This document shows positions 30,649-41,840 of a stretch of 64,000 nt of DNA, piece after piece. The notes beneath the pieces are model-generated. The model was not told where the DNA came from. It ran no database searches and was given only the letters and a program-made list of their open reading frames with translations. The position numbers and the translations under genes were made by a program. Positions within the stretch are counted from its first letter, which is position 1, and each line of letters opens with the position of its first letter. The stretch is from Candidatus Poribacteria bacterium (lineage in GTDB: Bacteria; Poribacteria; WGA-4E; GCA-2687025), in contig OY762492.1 in NCBI GenBank assembly GCA_963665845.2, positions 3,776,001 through 3,840,000 of the forward strand, given 5' to 3'.

Positions 30649-32478
30649 GTTACCGCGCGTTGTCTCCGTCCCGTTCAGCTCCTTCTGCAAACTCTCCCGC
30701 TTTCGTCGCGCCTGTTCATACGCTTCCCATGCGTCTGGAGCCGCCTGCTTCAACGTATTCAGCGCATCTTCCTCCGGCGCCGCAACCCGCCCTCTCATTT
30801 CCCTGCTGGGATAATCCGTCCCCCGGCCATTTGCCTCCCACTTTTCGAGCGCCGCTTCCTTGAGCTCTTCCATCGTCTGCATCCGACCGTAATCATACTT
30901 CGCCTGTTCATACGCTTTCAATTTTTCGGGGTCCGCCTCCTTCAGCGCTTCTTCCGCCTGCTCTGCAAACCGTTCCCTCATTTTCTCGCTGGGATAATCC
31001 ATCTCCTGCGTCCGATGATAGGCCGTTACTGTCTTCAGCGTATCCTCAGCCCTTTCCATTTCCAATCTCTTGCGCCATGCCAGGTAAAAAACATCCCACT
31101 CTTCTGGAGCCACTTTCATCAACGCTTCCATCATCCGTTTCCTAGTGGAATCGGTAACGTAATAGTAACCAGACGCCGCCCTGTCATATTCCTTCCACTC
31201 TTCGGGCGCCGCTTTCTTTAAAGCCTTTTCCGCCCGCGCCATTACCAACATCTGTTCACGCGCTTTCCATTCCTCAGGGGCTGTTGTCTTCAGCTCTTCC
31301 TCCGCCATCTTCAGCTTTTCCTCTGATGTCTTCAGCTCTTCCTCCGCCCTGTGACACAGCGCCTTCCTCAGCGTCTTCAGCTCTTCCTCCGCCCTTTGAT
31401 ACTGCGCTTTTCGTTCTTCCTGCGCCCTGCGGTACAGCGCCTTCTCCACCGCTTTCTGCGCTTCCGCTGCCGCCGGCTCTATGGCGCTCCATGCTTCATG
31501 CGCTTTATCGTACGCAGTCAGCTCCTCCGCCTGCGCCGCCGCATTCGTTGCCGCCCGCTCCAACGCTTTCCATGTCCGACTCGTCTTTTGGACTTCCTCA
31601 TGCGCCGCTTTTGCCTTCCATGCCTTTATTCTCGCCTCTTTCTGCGCTTCCGCCCTCTCCGCTTCCGACGGCTGCTCCAGATGACCCATCTCCGCATGAC
31701 GCCTATACGTTTCCTTTTCTGCCTCAATCCACTTCTCATTATCCTTGCGCGCCTTCACTGCCTCCTCCATTGCCCTTGACGCCGCTTGCACGTCCGACTC
31801 CCATGCCGCCGCCGTTTCAGAGGCCGCCTTTTGCGCTTCTTGCGCTGCCTTTAGCGTCGCCGCGACCGCATTTCTTTTTTCCTCTCCCAGCCCTTCAGAC
31901 CGCTTTGCCGCCTGATAAGACCCTTCCAGCGCCGGATGCCAGCCATGCTCATCCGCGGCTTCGAGGATGTTTTCCAACGTTTCTCTGGCTTCTTGCGCCG
32001 CCTTCTCTAGTAATTCCAGCGCCGTTTTCTCTTCCGTCTCCCTCGCCGCCTCGTACGTTGTCTTCCATGCGTCCAACGCCGTCAACGCCATTCCCGATTC
32101 CCCGACAGGCTCCTGATACTGCTCCCATGCCGCTTCCAGCTCCTTCCCTGCCGCTTCGCCTTCCTCCTTTGACGCTCGCGCCGCCTTCTCCGCCTTTTCT
32201 AAAATCGTCAGCAACGCCCCCAGATCCTCCGTCATCCGCGCCCTCTCCCGGGCCGCATACGCTTCCCTCTTCGCGTTTTGATACGCCTTCTCCGATTCCT
32301 TCAGCGCTTTCTCTGCCTTCCCCGCTGTCTTATAGGATTTCCGCTCCGCCTTTCTCGCCCTCATCTCGGCGTTTGCGGCGTCCAGCTCCTTCTCCGCCGT
32401 CTCATACGCTTCCCATGCTTTTGCTTCATTTCCCCGCCGCCGCGCGATCTGTTCGAAGAATGGATGCTTTTCACTCAT
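30631..32478 (-). CDS. Ala/Glu/Lys-rich alpha-helical repeat protein of unknown function
   Basis: 615-codon ORF with AAGGAG RBS; strongly purine-skewed coding strand; repeated LKxAAPEEW motif. Confidence 0.7.
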   Translation of the reverse strand: MSEKHPFFEQIARRRGNEAKAWEAYETAEKELDAANAEMRARKAERKSYKTAGKAEKALKESEKAYQNAKREAYAARERARMTEDLGALLTILEKAEKAARASKEEGEAAGKELEAAWEQYQEPVGESGMALTALDAWKTTYEAARETEEKTALELLEKAAQEARETLENILEAADEHGWHPALEGSYQAAKRSEGLGEEKRNAVAATLKAAQEAQKAASETAAAWESDVQAASRAMEEAVKARKDNEKWIEAEKETYRRHAEMGHLEQPSEAERAEAQKEARIKAWKAKAAHEEVQKTSRTWKALERAATNAAAQAEELTAYDKAHEAWSAIEPAAAEAQKAVEKALYRRAQEERKAQYQRAEEELKTLRKALCHRAEEELKTSEEKLKMAEEELKTTAPEEWKAREQMLVMARAEKALKKAAPEEWKEYDRAASGYYYVTDSTRKRMMEALMKVAPEEWDVFYLAWRKRLEMERAEDTLKTVTAYHRTQEMDYPSEKMRERFAEQAEEALKEADPEKLKAYEQAKYDYGRMQTMEELKEAALEKWEANGRGTDYPSREMRGRVAAPEEDALNTLKQAAPDAWEAYEQARRKRESLQKELNGTETTRGNLSLSP

Positions 32479-32787
32479 GCCGTCCGCTCCTTTTCATTTT
32501 CAGTACAGCCATGACCGCTGCCCTGTCAATGTTTAAGTTCAACGACGCTCTAAGAATTTCGCTGACATGAATGTCCAGCTTCGAGGCAGAAAAGAAGTAG
32601 GGCGTATCATCCGTTCAGGCGAACGCGGACAGTTTCTGCGACGCCTCTATATTCCCGCTTACGCAGGAGTATCTGTGTTCAAAGTCAATCATTTTGCGCT
32701 TTCCGTAGCGCCGAAAGTCGCCGCGGCGGATATTTTTCGGCAGTACCGAAGGAGCCGCCGCAGCGAAATTTCGGAAAGATGTTTTCA

Positions 32788-33987
<1,200 letters not shown>

Positions 33988-34016
33988 TTTCGTTCTCCTT
34001 TCGGGAGAAAAGGACA

Positions 34017-34203
34017 AGAAGGACCGGCCTCCTTACTTGTATTCTGTAACAAGAACACGGTATCTGTGCGGAGCCTCCGGTCTTTCTTGTCTTCTTTGCG
34101 CGGCTCTCGATACTCCCGCACGGCGCCGCTGCGAAGCAACGCGCCCAAGACGACTCGGAGTCTGACCGCGCTACCCCTTAAGTATGCGCTTACTCGAGGG
34201 GCA
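34017..34203 (-). ncRNA. Predicted IS110 bridge RNA (5' hairpin, target-binding loop, donor-binding loop)
   Basis: Two stem-closed internal loops. Guide segments match the target (34113-34119, 34147-34154) and the circle junction (34036-34042, 34060-34068). Confidence 0.82.
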
Positions 34204-34290
34204 ATGTCATCATACAAATGACGAGGAGGGGCGCGGGAATGCATGTCCTCGTGAAAACGGGGAAGCGGGGACGCCTGACGATGCGGGCGA

Positions 34291-34671
34291 TTAAAGTCCG
34301 GCGTCGGAGCAATCGAAGGCGTTTTGAAGATGCCGGCATAAAGCGCGGCCGCCCCTCGCCTCCACCGTCAGCACATCGAATCTGCATGGGGAATCCATCA
34401 GCCCGCTCTCTTGTAAAAACAGGGCGGCGGAGAGACAGATGCGCGCCTGCTGCTTCGGGGTTACGGCTTCCAACGCGGTTCCGTATTGGCGGCTGCGGCG
34501 CGTTTTGACTTCCACAAAAATGATGGCGCCGTCTTTCTGCGCGACGCAATCGATCTCGCCGTGGACGGTTCTGTAGTTGCGCTTCAAGATCGCATAACCG
34601 CGCGATGTGAGAAACCGCGCCGCCGCCTCTTCGCCCCGCTTGCCGGTCTGTTTATTCGTTAAAGTCGGCAT
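34291..34671 (-). CDS. yraN: YraN family endonuclease-like protein
   Basis: GKRGEEAAARFL, GEIDCV, FVEVKTR and CRFDV motifs. Confidence 0.9.
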   Translation of the reverse strand: MPTLTNKQTGKRGEEAAARFLTSRGYAILKRNYRTVHGEIDCVAQKDGAIIFVEVKTRRSRQYGTALEAVTPKQQARICLSAALFLQESGLMDSPCRFDVLTVEARGGRALCRHLQNAFDCSDAGL

Positions 34672-35311
34672 CAGAAAGATGCTCCCGAACGCCCTTAAAG
34701 GCGCGCCGGTGTATCGGCGACGGACCATGCAGCGCGATCGCCTCCCGGTGCGCGCGCGTCGGATAACCTTTATGGCGCGCGAACCCGTACTGCGGATACT
34801 GGGCGTCAAGCCGTACCATCATTCGGTCCCGCTCCACCTTGGCGGCAACCGACGCCGCGGCTATCGACAACGACAGCGCGTCCCCCTTCACAACAGTCTC
34901 GATATAAGGCGGGTTATGGGCGAATCGAGGCGCGGGGCTGCGGTTGCCGTCCACCAGAAGCGCGTCCGGCGGCGCGGCAAGACACATTGCGGCGCGCGCC
35001 ATCGCTTCCAGAGCCGCTTGGAGTATGTTCATACGATCAATCTCCCGCGCCTCAACGCGCGCGACTGCAATATCGGCGCCGCTTTCGGAGAGCGCCGCGT
35101 AGATCCGCTCTCGTTCCGCGGCGTCAATCCGCTTCGAGTCGTTCAGCCCGTCAAGAGAGACCGCTTCCGCCTTGCTTGAAAAAACGACCGCCGCGGCGAC
35201 CACCGGACCCGCCAAAGCGCCGCGCCCCGCCTCGTCCGCGCCGGCGACGCGCGCCCGTCCGTTCCGGTAAAGCGCCTCCTCGCGCGAAAAATCGGGCGCG
35301 GAGGCGGTCAG
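34652..35311 (-). CDS. rnhB: Ribonuclease HII (probable CTG start)
   Basis: [42 protein letters not shown] and HKGYPT. The catalytic DEAGRG lies upstream of the first standard start codon. Confidence 0.9.
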   Translation of the reverse strand: MTASAPDFSREEALYRNGRARVAGADEAGRGALAGPVVAAAVVFSSKAEAVSLDGLNDSKRIDAAERERIYAALSESGADIAVARVEAREIDRMNILQAALEAMARAAMCLAAPPDALLVDGNRSPAPRFAHNPPYIETVVKGDALSLSIAAASVAAKVERDRMMVRLDAQYPQYGFARHKGYPTRAHREAIALHGPSPIHRRAFKGVREHLSDADFNE

Positions 35312-35694
35312 CTTTTCGCTCGTTGAATCGTCTTCTCCTTGATGCGCGCCCGTTTCCCGCTGCGTTGACGCAGATAATACAACTTTGCCCTCCGCACTGC
35401 GCCGCGGCGAACCACCTCCACGCTTTCAACGCGCGGCGAATGAAGCGGAAACGTGCGCTCAATCCCGACGCCGAACGACATGCGCCGAACGGTGAACGTT
35501 GAGCCGGTACCGTTGGAGCGTCTGCGCATGATCACCCCTTCAAACGGCTGGATGCGCTCTTTGTCGCCTTCGACGACGCGGACGTTCACCTTGACCGTGT
35601 CGCCGGGGTAGAAGTTCAGGTCGTTGTCGCGCGCTTTCACCATCTCTTCGAGCGATTTCACTTGCGACTGTTCAACATGTTTGATGAGATTCAT
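35308..35694 (-). CDS. rplS: 50S ribosomal protein L19
   Basis: [28 protein letters not shown] and [10 protein letters not shown]. Confidence 0.97.
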   Translation of the reverse strand: MNLIKHVEQSQVKSLEEMVKARDNDLNFYPGDTVKVNVRVVEGDKERIQPFEGVIMRRRSNGTGSTFTVRRMSFGVGIERTFPLHSPRVESVEVVRRGAVRRAKLYYLRQRSGKRARIKEKTIQRAKS

Positions 35695-36451
35695 GGTCGT
35701 CTCCTTCTGATGTTTGAAGATGTTTCAAATATGCCTCGTCTTGCTCGGTCAGTTCCGCTTGTTTGAGCAGGTCGGGGCGGCGTTTCAAGGTGCGGCGGAG
35801 AGAATCTCGGCGGCGCCATTCGGCGATCTTGACCGGGTCGCCGCTCAAGAGAATGTCGGGTACGCGACGCCCGTTCCATTCGGCGGGGCGCGTGTAGCAG
35901 CGCCCCTCCAGCAGCCCGCTGGCGAACGAATCGTCCATCGCCGACTGCGCGTCTCCGATGGCGCCGGGCAGCAGGCGCGCCGCGGCGTCCAGCAGCGTCA
36001 ACGCAGGCAGCTCGCCTCCGCTCAACACATAATCGCCGACAGAGATTTCCTCGTCCACAACGCATGCGCGCGCCCGCTCGTCTACCCCCTTATACCGCCC
36101 GCACAGGATGATGAGGTGCCGATGCATCGACAGGCGTTCGCAGTCGTTCTGCGTCAGCGGCGCGCCCTGCGGCGTCATATACAGAACGCGCGCCTCTCCG
36201 TCAGCGGCGCGCTTTGCATGCTCAACCGCTCTCATGACAGGCTCCGGTTTCAGCGCCATGCCGGGACCGCCGCCGTACGGGTAGTCGTCCACCTGTCGAT
36301 GTTTGCCTTCGGCAAAATCGCGCAGGTCAAGCGGTTCGGCGCGCAGCTTTCCGCGCTCCTGCGCTTGGCGCAGTATGCCGTACCGCAGCCCAGCCTGGAT
36401 GAGCTCTGGAAAGATCGTGATGATGCGGCATGTCAACAATGGTTCCGCCAT
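35672..36451 (-). CDS. trmD: tRNA (guanine37-N1)-methyltransferase
   Basis: [33 protein letters not shown] and YTRP. Confidence 0.96.
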   Translation of the reverse strand: MAEPLLTCRIITIFPELIQAGLRYGILRQAQERGKLRAEPLDLRDFAEGKHRQVDDYPYGGGPGMALKPEPVMRAVEHAKRAADGEARVLYMTPQGAPLTQNDCERLSMHRHLIILCGRYKGVDERARACVVDEEISVGDYVLSGGELPALTLLDAAARLLPGAIGDAQSAMDDSFASGLLEGRCYTRPAEWNGRRVPDILLSGDPVKIAEWRRRDSLRRTLKRRPDLLKQAELTEQDEAYLKHLQTSEGDDHESHQTC

Positions 36452-36496
36452 GCGTCCGCCGTTCCTGTCGCGCCTGCAGCCTCGCGGCTCCGTCCG

Positions 36497-36724
36497 CTAC
36501 TCGATGATTTCGAGAGCGGCGCGCTTGTTCTGTCGAGAGGCGGCGGCGGTCAACACGGTGCGGATCGCCTGGACGGTGCGCCCCTGCCTTCCGATCACCT
36601 TTCCGATATCCGCTTCGGCGACGCTCAATTCATACACGATGGTGCGCCCCTCGTACTCCGTAACCTGCACTTCGTCGGGGCTGTCCACCAACAATTTCAC
36701 GATGTATTCGATCAGCTCTTTCAT
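36497..36724 (-). CDS. khpA: KH-domain RNA-binding protein KhpA
   Basis: [12 protein letters not shown]; located after rpsP. Confidence 0.92.
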   Translation of the reverse strand: MKELIEYIVKLLVDSPDEVQVTEYEGRTIVYELSVAEADIGKVIGRQGRTVQAIRTVLTAAASRQNKRAALEIIE

Positions 36725-36728
36725 CGGC

Positions 36729-37046
36729 TCACTCTTCGCTTTGTTCGTCTCCGGCGCTTGCTTGCTCTAAGCGCGTTTCCAGCTGCCAGGGTTGTCTAAA
36801 GAGCTGCCATGCGCCTGTTTGCTTCAGCAGGCTGCGCGCGGTGTCGGTCGGCTGCGCGCCCTTTTGAAGCCAGTATAAAGCGCGCTCGTTGTTGACGACC
36901 ACCTCGGCAGGGTCGGGGATCGGGTTGTAATGTCCAAGCCGTTCGATGTAGCGTCCGTCTCGGTTTGCGCGGCTGTCCGCGACGACAATGCGAAAGAACG
37001 CTCCTTTTTTCCGTCCGGCTCGTTGAAGTCGAATACGCGCTGGCAT
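36729..37046 (-). CDS. rpsP: 30S ribosomal protein S16
   Basis: [22 protein letters not shown] and [10 protein letters not shown]. Confidence 0.97.
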   Translation of the reverse strand: MPARIRLQRAGRKKGAFFRIVVADSRANRDGRYIERLGHYNPIPDPAEVVVNNERALYWLQKGAQPTDTARSLLKQTGAWQLFRQPWQLETRLEQASAGDEQSEE

Positions 37047-37072
37047 TTGCGCCTCCAGTCTATCGGTTTTGT

Positions 37073-38428
37073 TTATTTGAACGGTAAATTGTGTCGAATA
37101 ATGCGTTTCTTCGTTCGGCGTTTCCTGGGGGAAGCTCCGCCGCCGGTCAGCTGCTTCATTGCCCGATTCATCTGGCTCAGCTGCTGAACAAGTAGGTTGA
37201 TCTGTTGAACGTTCGTGCCGCTGCCTTTGGCGATGCGCCGTTTTCGGCTGGCGTTCAGAAGGCGGTGGTTGTTCCGCTCCTCCGGCGTCATGGACAGAAC
37301 AATCGCTTCAACCCGCTTCAGCTGCCGCTCGTCCGGTTGAATGCCCATGCTTTTCATTTTGTCGAATCCCGGTATCATGCCGAGAACCTGCTCCAGGCTG
37401 CCCATTTTTTGAAGATGAGACAGCTGCTCTAAAAAGTCGTTGAAGGTGAGTCCCTGCTGGTTCAGAATGCGCGTTTCCAGCTCTTTCGCTTTTTCCTCGT
37501 CAATGACCGCCTCCGCCTTCTCCATGAGCGTCAGCATATCGCCCCGTCCGAGAATGCGCGAGGCGATACGGTCAGGGTGAAACTCCTCAAAGGCGTCCAG
37601 ACGCTCCCCCGTACTGAAAAACTTGATGGGGGTTCCAGCGACGGCGCGTATCGAAATGGCGGCGCCGCCGCGCGCGTCCCCATCGATCTTCGACAAAATC
37701 ACGCCCGTTAAATCGAGCCGTTCATCGAACGCTTCAGCGACCGAAACCGCCTCTTGACCGACCGTCGCGTCCGCCACTAAGAACGTCTCGGTCGGCTGCG
37801 CGGCTTTCTTGACGGCGACCAGCTCATCCATCAGCTCCTCGTTCGTCTGCATGCGCCCCGCCGTGTCGATGATGGCGGCGGAATAGCTCTCTTTTTGGAC
37901 GGCGCGCATACAGGCTTGGGCGATCTTTTCAGGCGCGGCGCGTTCTAAAGTGAAGACGGGGACATCAATCTCGGCGCCCAGTTTCTGCAGCTGATCAACG
38001 GCGGCGGGGCGGTACACATCGCATGCCGCCATGATCGGATAATGCCCCTCGTTTTTGAGCCGCAGAGCCAGTTTGGCGCAGGCGGTTGTTTTCCCGGCGC
38101 CGTTCAATCCTGTCATCAGAACGGTAAGCGGTCCTGTTTCGGGAACCAGAAGCGGCTCCGCCGTTTCGCCCATGAGAGCCGTCAATTCCTCTTTGACGAT
38201 CGTCAAGGTCTGCTGATCAGGCGTGAGGCTTTTGAGCGATTCGGACGCCAGAGCGCGCCGCTGCACCTTGTCGATAAAGTCGCGCGTGACTCTATAGTTC
38301 ACATCCGCTTCCAGCATCGCCATGCGCAGCTCCCGCAGCACATCTTTGATCTGCCGTTCGGTGAGGCGTCCGCGGCCCCTCAGCTGGTCAAATGCGGACT
38401 GCAGTTTTTCGGACAGGCTCTCAAACAC
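37073..38428 (-). CDS. ffh: Signal recognition particle protein Ffh
   Basis: [30 protein letters not shown] and M-domain [11 protein letters not shown]. Confidence 0.97.
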   Translation of the reverse strand: MFESLSEKLQSAFDQLRGRGRLTERQIKDVLRELRMAMLEADVNYRVTRDFIDKVQRRALASESLKSLTPDQQTLTIVKEELTALMGETAEPLLVPETGPLTVLMTGLNGAGKTTACAKLALRLKNEGHYPIMAACDVYRPAAVDQLQKLGAEIDVPVFTLERAAPEKIAQACMRAVQKESYSAAIIDTAGRMQTNEELMDELVAVKKAAQPTETFLVADATVGQEAVSVAEAFDERLDLTGVILSKIDGDARGGAAISIRAVAGTPIKFFSTGERLDAFEEFHPDRIASRILGRGDMLTLMEKAEAVIDEEKAKELETRILNQQGLTFNDFLEQLSHLQKMGSLEQVLGMIPGFDKMKSMGIQPDERQLKRVEAIVLSMTPEERNNHRLLNASRKRRIAKGSGTNVQQINLLVQQLSQMNRAMKQLTGGGASPRKRRTKKRIIRHNLPFK

Positions 38429-38472
38429 GTCTCGCCCTATCGTTCACAACCTAAATACACAGGCAACATTAG

Positions 38473-38501
38473 ATAATACCGCCATCGGCGTTCGATGTCA
38501 A
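38473..38501 (-). promoter_or_regulatory. Putative sigma70 promoter of the ffh operon
   Basis: TTGACA-N17-TATTAT on the minus strand. Confidence 0.65.
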
Positions 38502-38522
38502 CGTTGATGCATCTGACCGCAA

Positions 38523-38822
38523 GCGAATTCCCCCTTTTCAAGGAGGGCGCGCAGCGAATTCCCCCTTGAAAAGGGGGGCTAGGGGGTTTTAAAGGACGGG
38601 CGCGGCGGCTGCAATGCCTAAGATTCTCGCTTACGCGGGAATGACGATTTGGCAGTCTCTATAGGCGATGATTTCGATTTTAGAGAACCGTTTTGGAATG
38701 CGAAGGTTCTCTGGGAAAACTCTGGATTCCCGCTTACGCGGGAATGACGCCTAGCGGCGCGGCGGCTGCAATGCCTTAAGATTCCCGCTTACGCGGGAAT
38801 GACGCCTGGCGGCGCGGCGGCT
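38523..38822. repeat. Repeat mosaic: two CCCCCTT/AAGG modules and three REP-like palindromes
   Basis: 38558-38647 is nearly identical to 48496-48586. The last palindrome overlaps the ybeY stop codon. Confidence 0.85.
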
Positions 38823-39283
38823 TTTCCGCTGGTCATCGCGTTTCTTTTGGCGCGCGCTGCCGAATCCAGTTGATGGGCGAGAGCGACGGCTGTCGGGTCT
38901 TGTTGAAGGGCGGCAAGAGCCTCCGCTTCCGCCTTCAGCATTCGGGACGCCTCCGCCTCGCCATGATGATCATGCCCGTTGAGATGCAGCGCCGCATGGA
39001 CGGCAAGTCGCGCCGTTTCATCTGAAAGCGTACAGCCCGCCTTTTTTGCCTGCCGCGCCGCCGTTTCAATGGAGAGCGCGATGGATCCGTACTCCGCATG
39101 TTCATCGTCCGGCGGAAAAGCGAGCGTATCGGTGGCGGCGTCCACGCCTCTGTAATCGCGGTTCAGGGCGCGTATCTGTTCGTCCCCGGCAATCAGGATG
39201 TCGATGCGCGCGTTTGGCGCGTTCAAAGCAATTGCCGCGGCGCGCTCAACCAGCCGATGCGCCGCTTCATACAGCTCGCTCAT
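38789..39283 (-). CDS. ybeY: rRNA maturation endoribonuclease YbeY
   Basis: LNRDYRG...TDTLAF and HAALHLNGHDH; phoH-HD-ybeY gene context. Confidence 0.9.
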   Translation of the reverse strand: MSELYEAAHRLVERAAAIALNAPNARIDILIAGDEQIRALNRDYRGVDAATDTLAFPPDDEHAEYGSIALSIETAARQAKKAGCTLSDETARLAVHAALHLNGHDHHGEAEASRMLKAEAEALAALQQDPTAVALAHQLDSAARAKRNAMTSGKAAAPPGVIPA

Positions 39284-39288
39284 CGGGA

Positions 39289-41577
39289 TCAGTGGGATCT
39301 GTTGTCAAGGGCGGTGGAAGGCTCCAGTTCGGAGCTGAGCTCGGTGGGGTCGTGTACTGTTTTGTCTTCTGGATACTGAATTCTGGAGTGGTACATACCG
39401 AGGAGCGTCCGCTCAAACTGCTCGGACAGGAGTCTCAAGTCGTTCAATGTGAGTTCGCTTTCGTCCAGCTGTCCGTCCTGCGCGTAATAACTGACGATCT
39501 CTTGTACCACCTTTTCGCAGTCTCTTCGGGTCAGTTCTCTTGTGGTTTGAAACTTCGCGTTTGCCGCCGCTTCGATGGAATCTGACAGCATCATAATCGC
39601 CGCCAGCTTTGTTTGCGGTTTCGGCCCTGGGTATCGGAAGCTGGATTCGTCAACCGTTTCGCCCGCCTGCTGCGCCTTGTGGTAAAAACCGCGGATGAGC
39701 GATGTCCCATGGTGCTGCATGATCAGATCCAGCGCCTCTTTCGGGAGTCGGTTGTCGCGTCCGAGGGCGACCCCGTCTTTCACATGCGCAATCAAAATGC
39801 GGGCGCTCATGGTCGGTTTGAGCTGATCGTGCGGATTCGGTCCGCCTTTCTGATTTTCAATGAAGTAGTTGGCGGTCGCGGGGGAATTTATTTTTCCGAT
39901 GTCATGAAAATAGGCGCCGACCCGCGCTAAAAGAACGTTTTCATCCAGCGTTTCAGCGGCCGCCTCCGCCAGACGCGCCACGTTCAGGCTGTGGTTGAAG
40001 GTGCCGGGAGCCGTTTTTTGAACGCGCTCAAGCAGCGGATGGTTAAGATCCGACAGGTCCATCAGCTCCAGGTCGGTCGCGGAGCCGGCGATAAATTCTA
40101 ACCCTGGAAGAATGAGCGGAATGAACGCGGCGCTCAGAAAACCGGCGACCAGCGCCGTACCGCCGACGCGAAGCGTCTCCCAACTGGCGATGTTGGAATG
40201 CAGCGCGGAAGTTGCCAGCGCTATTAAAACGACGGCGCCCGTGGTGTAGACGCTCACCGTAACAAGATCCTTGCGCCTGCGGATATTGAGCATGGCGAAG
40301 GTGGACGCAAAACCGCTTGCCAAAAGCGTCAACAGCTGCGGCAAACTTGCATCATGCGAGACGCTGCTCATGACGCCCGCCAAAATGGAGAGCGCCAGCG
40401 TCGCAAGAATGCCGTATCCGGGCCCGATCAATATGGTGGAGAGGCCCGCCGCCGTACCTACCGGCAGCAGCAGGGCCGGAAATGCCACCCATGTTCCAAC
40501 GCCCAGCGCCGGCGATTCTAGAATCATGGAGCCGACGCGCATGGCTCCGATTGCGGCGAGAACGCACAGCCCGTACGCCCACCATTCGCGCGCTGTCGGT
40601 CCCGAGCCGACCTGTATCTCCGAACAGTAAAAGACGGCGGAGCCTAAGATCGACGCGACCAGCAAAAAGGTTCCAATGAATACGGAGGATACCTTAACCC
40701 TGCTGATTTTGTGGGTCGGCTTCACCTCCGCCGCCGCTTTTTCTTGCCGGGCTGTTGTGGCGGCGTCGTCGAAATCTAGGTTGTAGCTGCCGATAAACAG
40801 AACCCCCAAAATGTCCTTCATGAGCTGCTTCACTTCAGGAGTTAGGCTCTCGTCTTCAAGCGCATCGATTTTATCCCTAACGGCTCTGACAGCTTCGTCG
40901 TAATCTGGAATGTCTTCAACCTTGACAATCATGCCTTTTTCTAGGTCAGACGGGACGATCTCGATCTCCATCGCAGCGACGCTGGGCCACTTGCTGGTGA
41001 GTTCAGGATCAAAGTATTCGTGCAATTCTCCTAGCACGCTGTCCGGATGATCTCCCGCAAACCGCACCCCCGTCTCTAAAACGGATTTGAACACCGACAG
41101 CGTATGGTCGCGTATATCAGAGAACGATTGCCGATGCTGTATGAGGCGGTCTACAAGATCGGCGCCGCCAAAATAGGAATCGGTCGTCGGGTTGCTTAAA
41201 ATCTCCGCTTTGCGCTGCGCGTCGTCGCCCGAACCTGCGTTTCTAATGGGGTCCGAAATCTGCTCAAAGAGATCCACCGCCGCGTTGTACGGCTTCAATT
41301 CCAGGTTGAAGATCGGAATGGCGTTTTTTTTCGCGATGTCGCGCGCTTTTTCGGTCGCCGCTTCATCCTCCCCGCTTTCGTAGATCGGCATGCAGACCCA
41401 GGTCAACAGGAAGGAGGCCCCCGCCACAATCAACGCCCATTTTCGTTTCTTGCCTGCAGTCGAATTGTTGACCTGCATGAGCGAGGCGGCTCTTCCTTGG
41501 CGCCGCTCAACGCCTTTGCCTGCAGCGCCGCGCTGGCGGCTGCCGCGGCGAACGCTTGATCTGCGGAGACGTCTCAT
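39289..41577 (-). CDS. 7TM-HD membrane phosphohydrolase (PgpH-like)
   Basis: Extracellular domain, transmembrane block, APGTFNHS, FHDIGK, HHGT and SDSIEAA. Confidence 0.88.
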   Translation of the reverse strand: MRRLRRSSVRRGSRQRGAAGKGVERRQGRAASLMQVNNSTAGKKRKWALIVAGASFLLTWVCMPIYESGEDEAATEKARDIAKKNAIPIFNLELKPYNAAVDLFEQISDPIRNAGSGDDAQRKAEILSNPTTDSYFGGADLVDRLIQHRQSFSDIRDHTLSVFKSVLETGVRFAGDHPDSVLGELHEYFDPELTSKWPSVAAMEIEIVPSDLEKGMIVKVEDIPDYDEAVRAVRDKIDALEDESLTPEVKQLMKDILGVLFIGSYNLDFDDAATTARQEKAAAEVKPTHKISRVKVSSVFIGTFLLVASILGSAVFYCSEIQVGSGPTAREWWAYGLCVLAAIGAMRVGSMILESPALGVGTWVAFPALLLPVGTAAGLSTILIGPGYGILATLALSILAGVMSSVSHDASLPQLLTLLASGFASTFAMLNIRRRKDLVTVSVYTTGAVVLIALATSALHSNIASWETLRVGGTALVAGFLSAAFIPLILPGLEFIAGSATDLELMDLSDLNHPLLERVQKTAPGTFNHSLNVARLAEAAAETLDENVLLARVGAYFHDIGKINSPATANYFIENQKGGPNPHDQLKPTMSARILIAHVKDGVALGRDNRLPKEALDLIMQHHGTSLIRGFYHKAQQAGETVDESSFRYPGPKPQTKLAAIMMLSDSIEAAANAKFQTTRELTRRDCEKVVQEIVSYYAQDGQLDESELTLNDLRLLSEQFERTLLGMYHSRIQYPEDKTVHDPTELSSELEPSTALDNRSH

Positions 41578-41659
41578 CTGTTCGAATCCTTTTCTTTGGT
41601 TGCATCCAGCCGATCAACATGACCATAATACAACCGCGCCGATGTGTCAATCATGAATG

Positions 41660-41827
41660 TCGACCTTACGTCTTTAGTCGGGACATGCCGGAATGGGAAC
41701 GCGAACGTCTTCTGCGGCGCCTCTAGATTCCCGCTTGCGCGGGAATGACGGTCTGGTTGGCGGCGCCTTTTTCCCATGAATAAGGGCTTTGGTCGTTCAA
41801 ATGTCCCAACTTTCAGCATGAGGTCAG
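41660..41827 (-). mobile_element. MITE-like element, inverted copy (168 bp)
   Basis: Reverse complement of the 14613-14780 element, with both TIRs. Confidence 0.82.
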
Positions 41828-41840
41828 TGAATGGAGCGGA

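Noticed and set aside
31284-32570. 428-aa Pro/Ser-rich ORF on the plus strand
   Set aside because: It is the antisense shadow of the purine-rich 615-aa gene.
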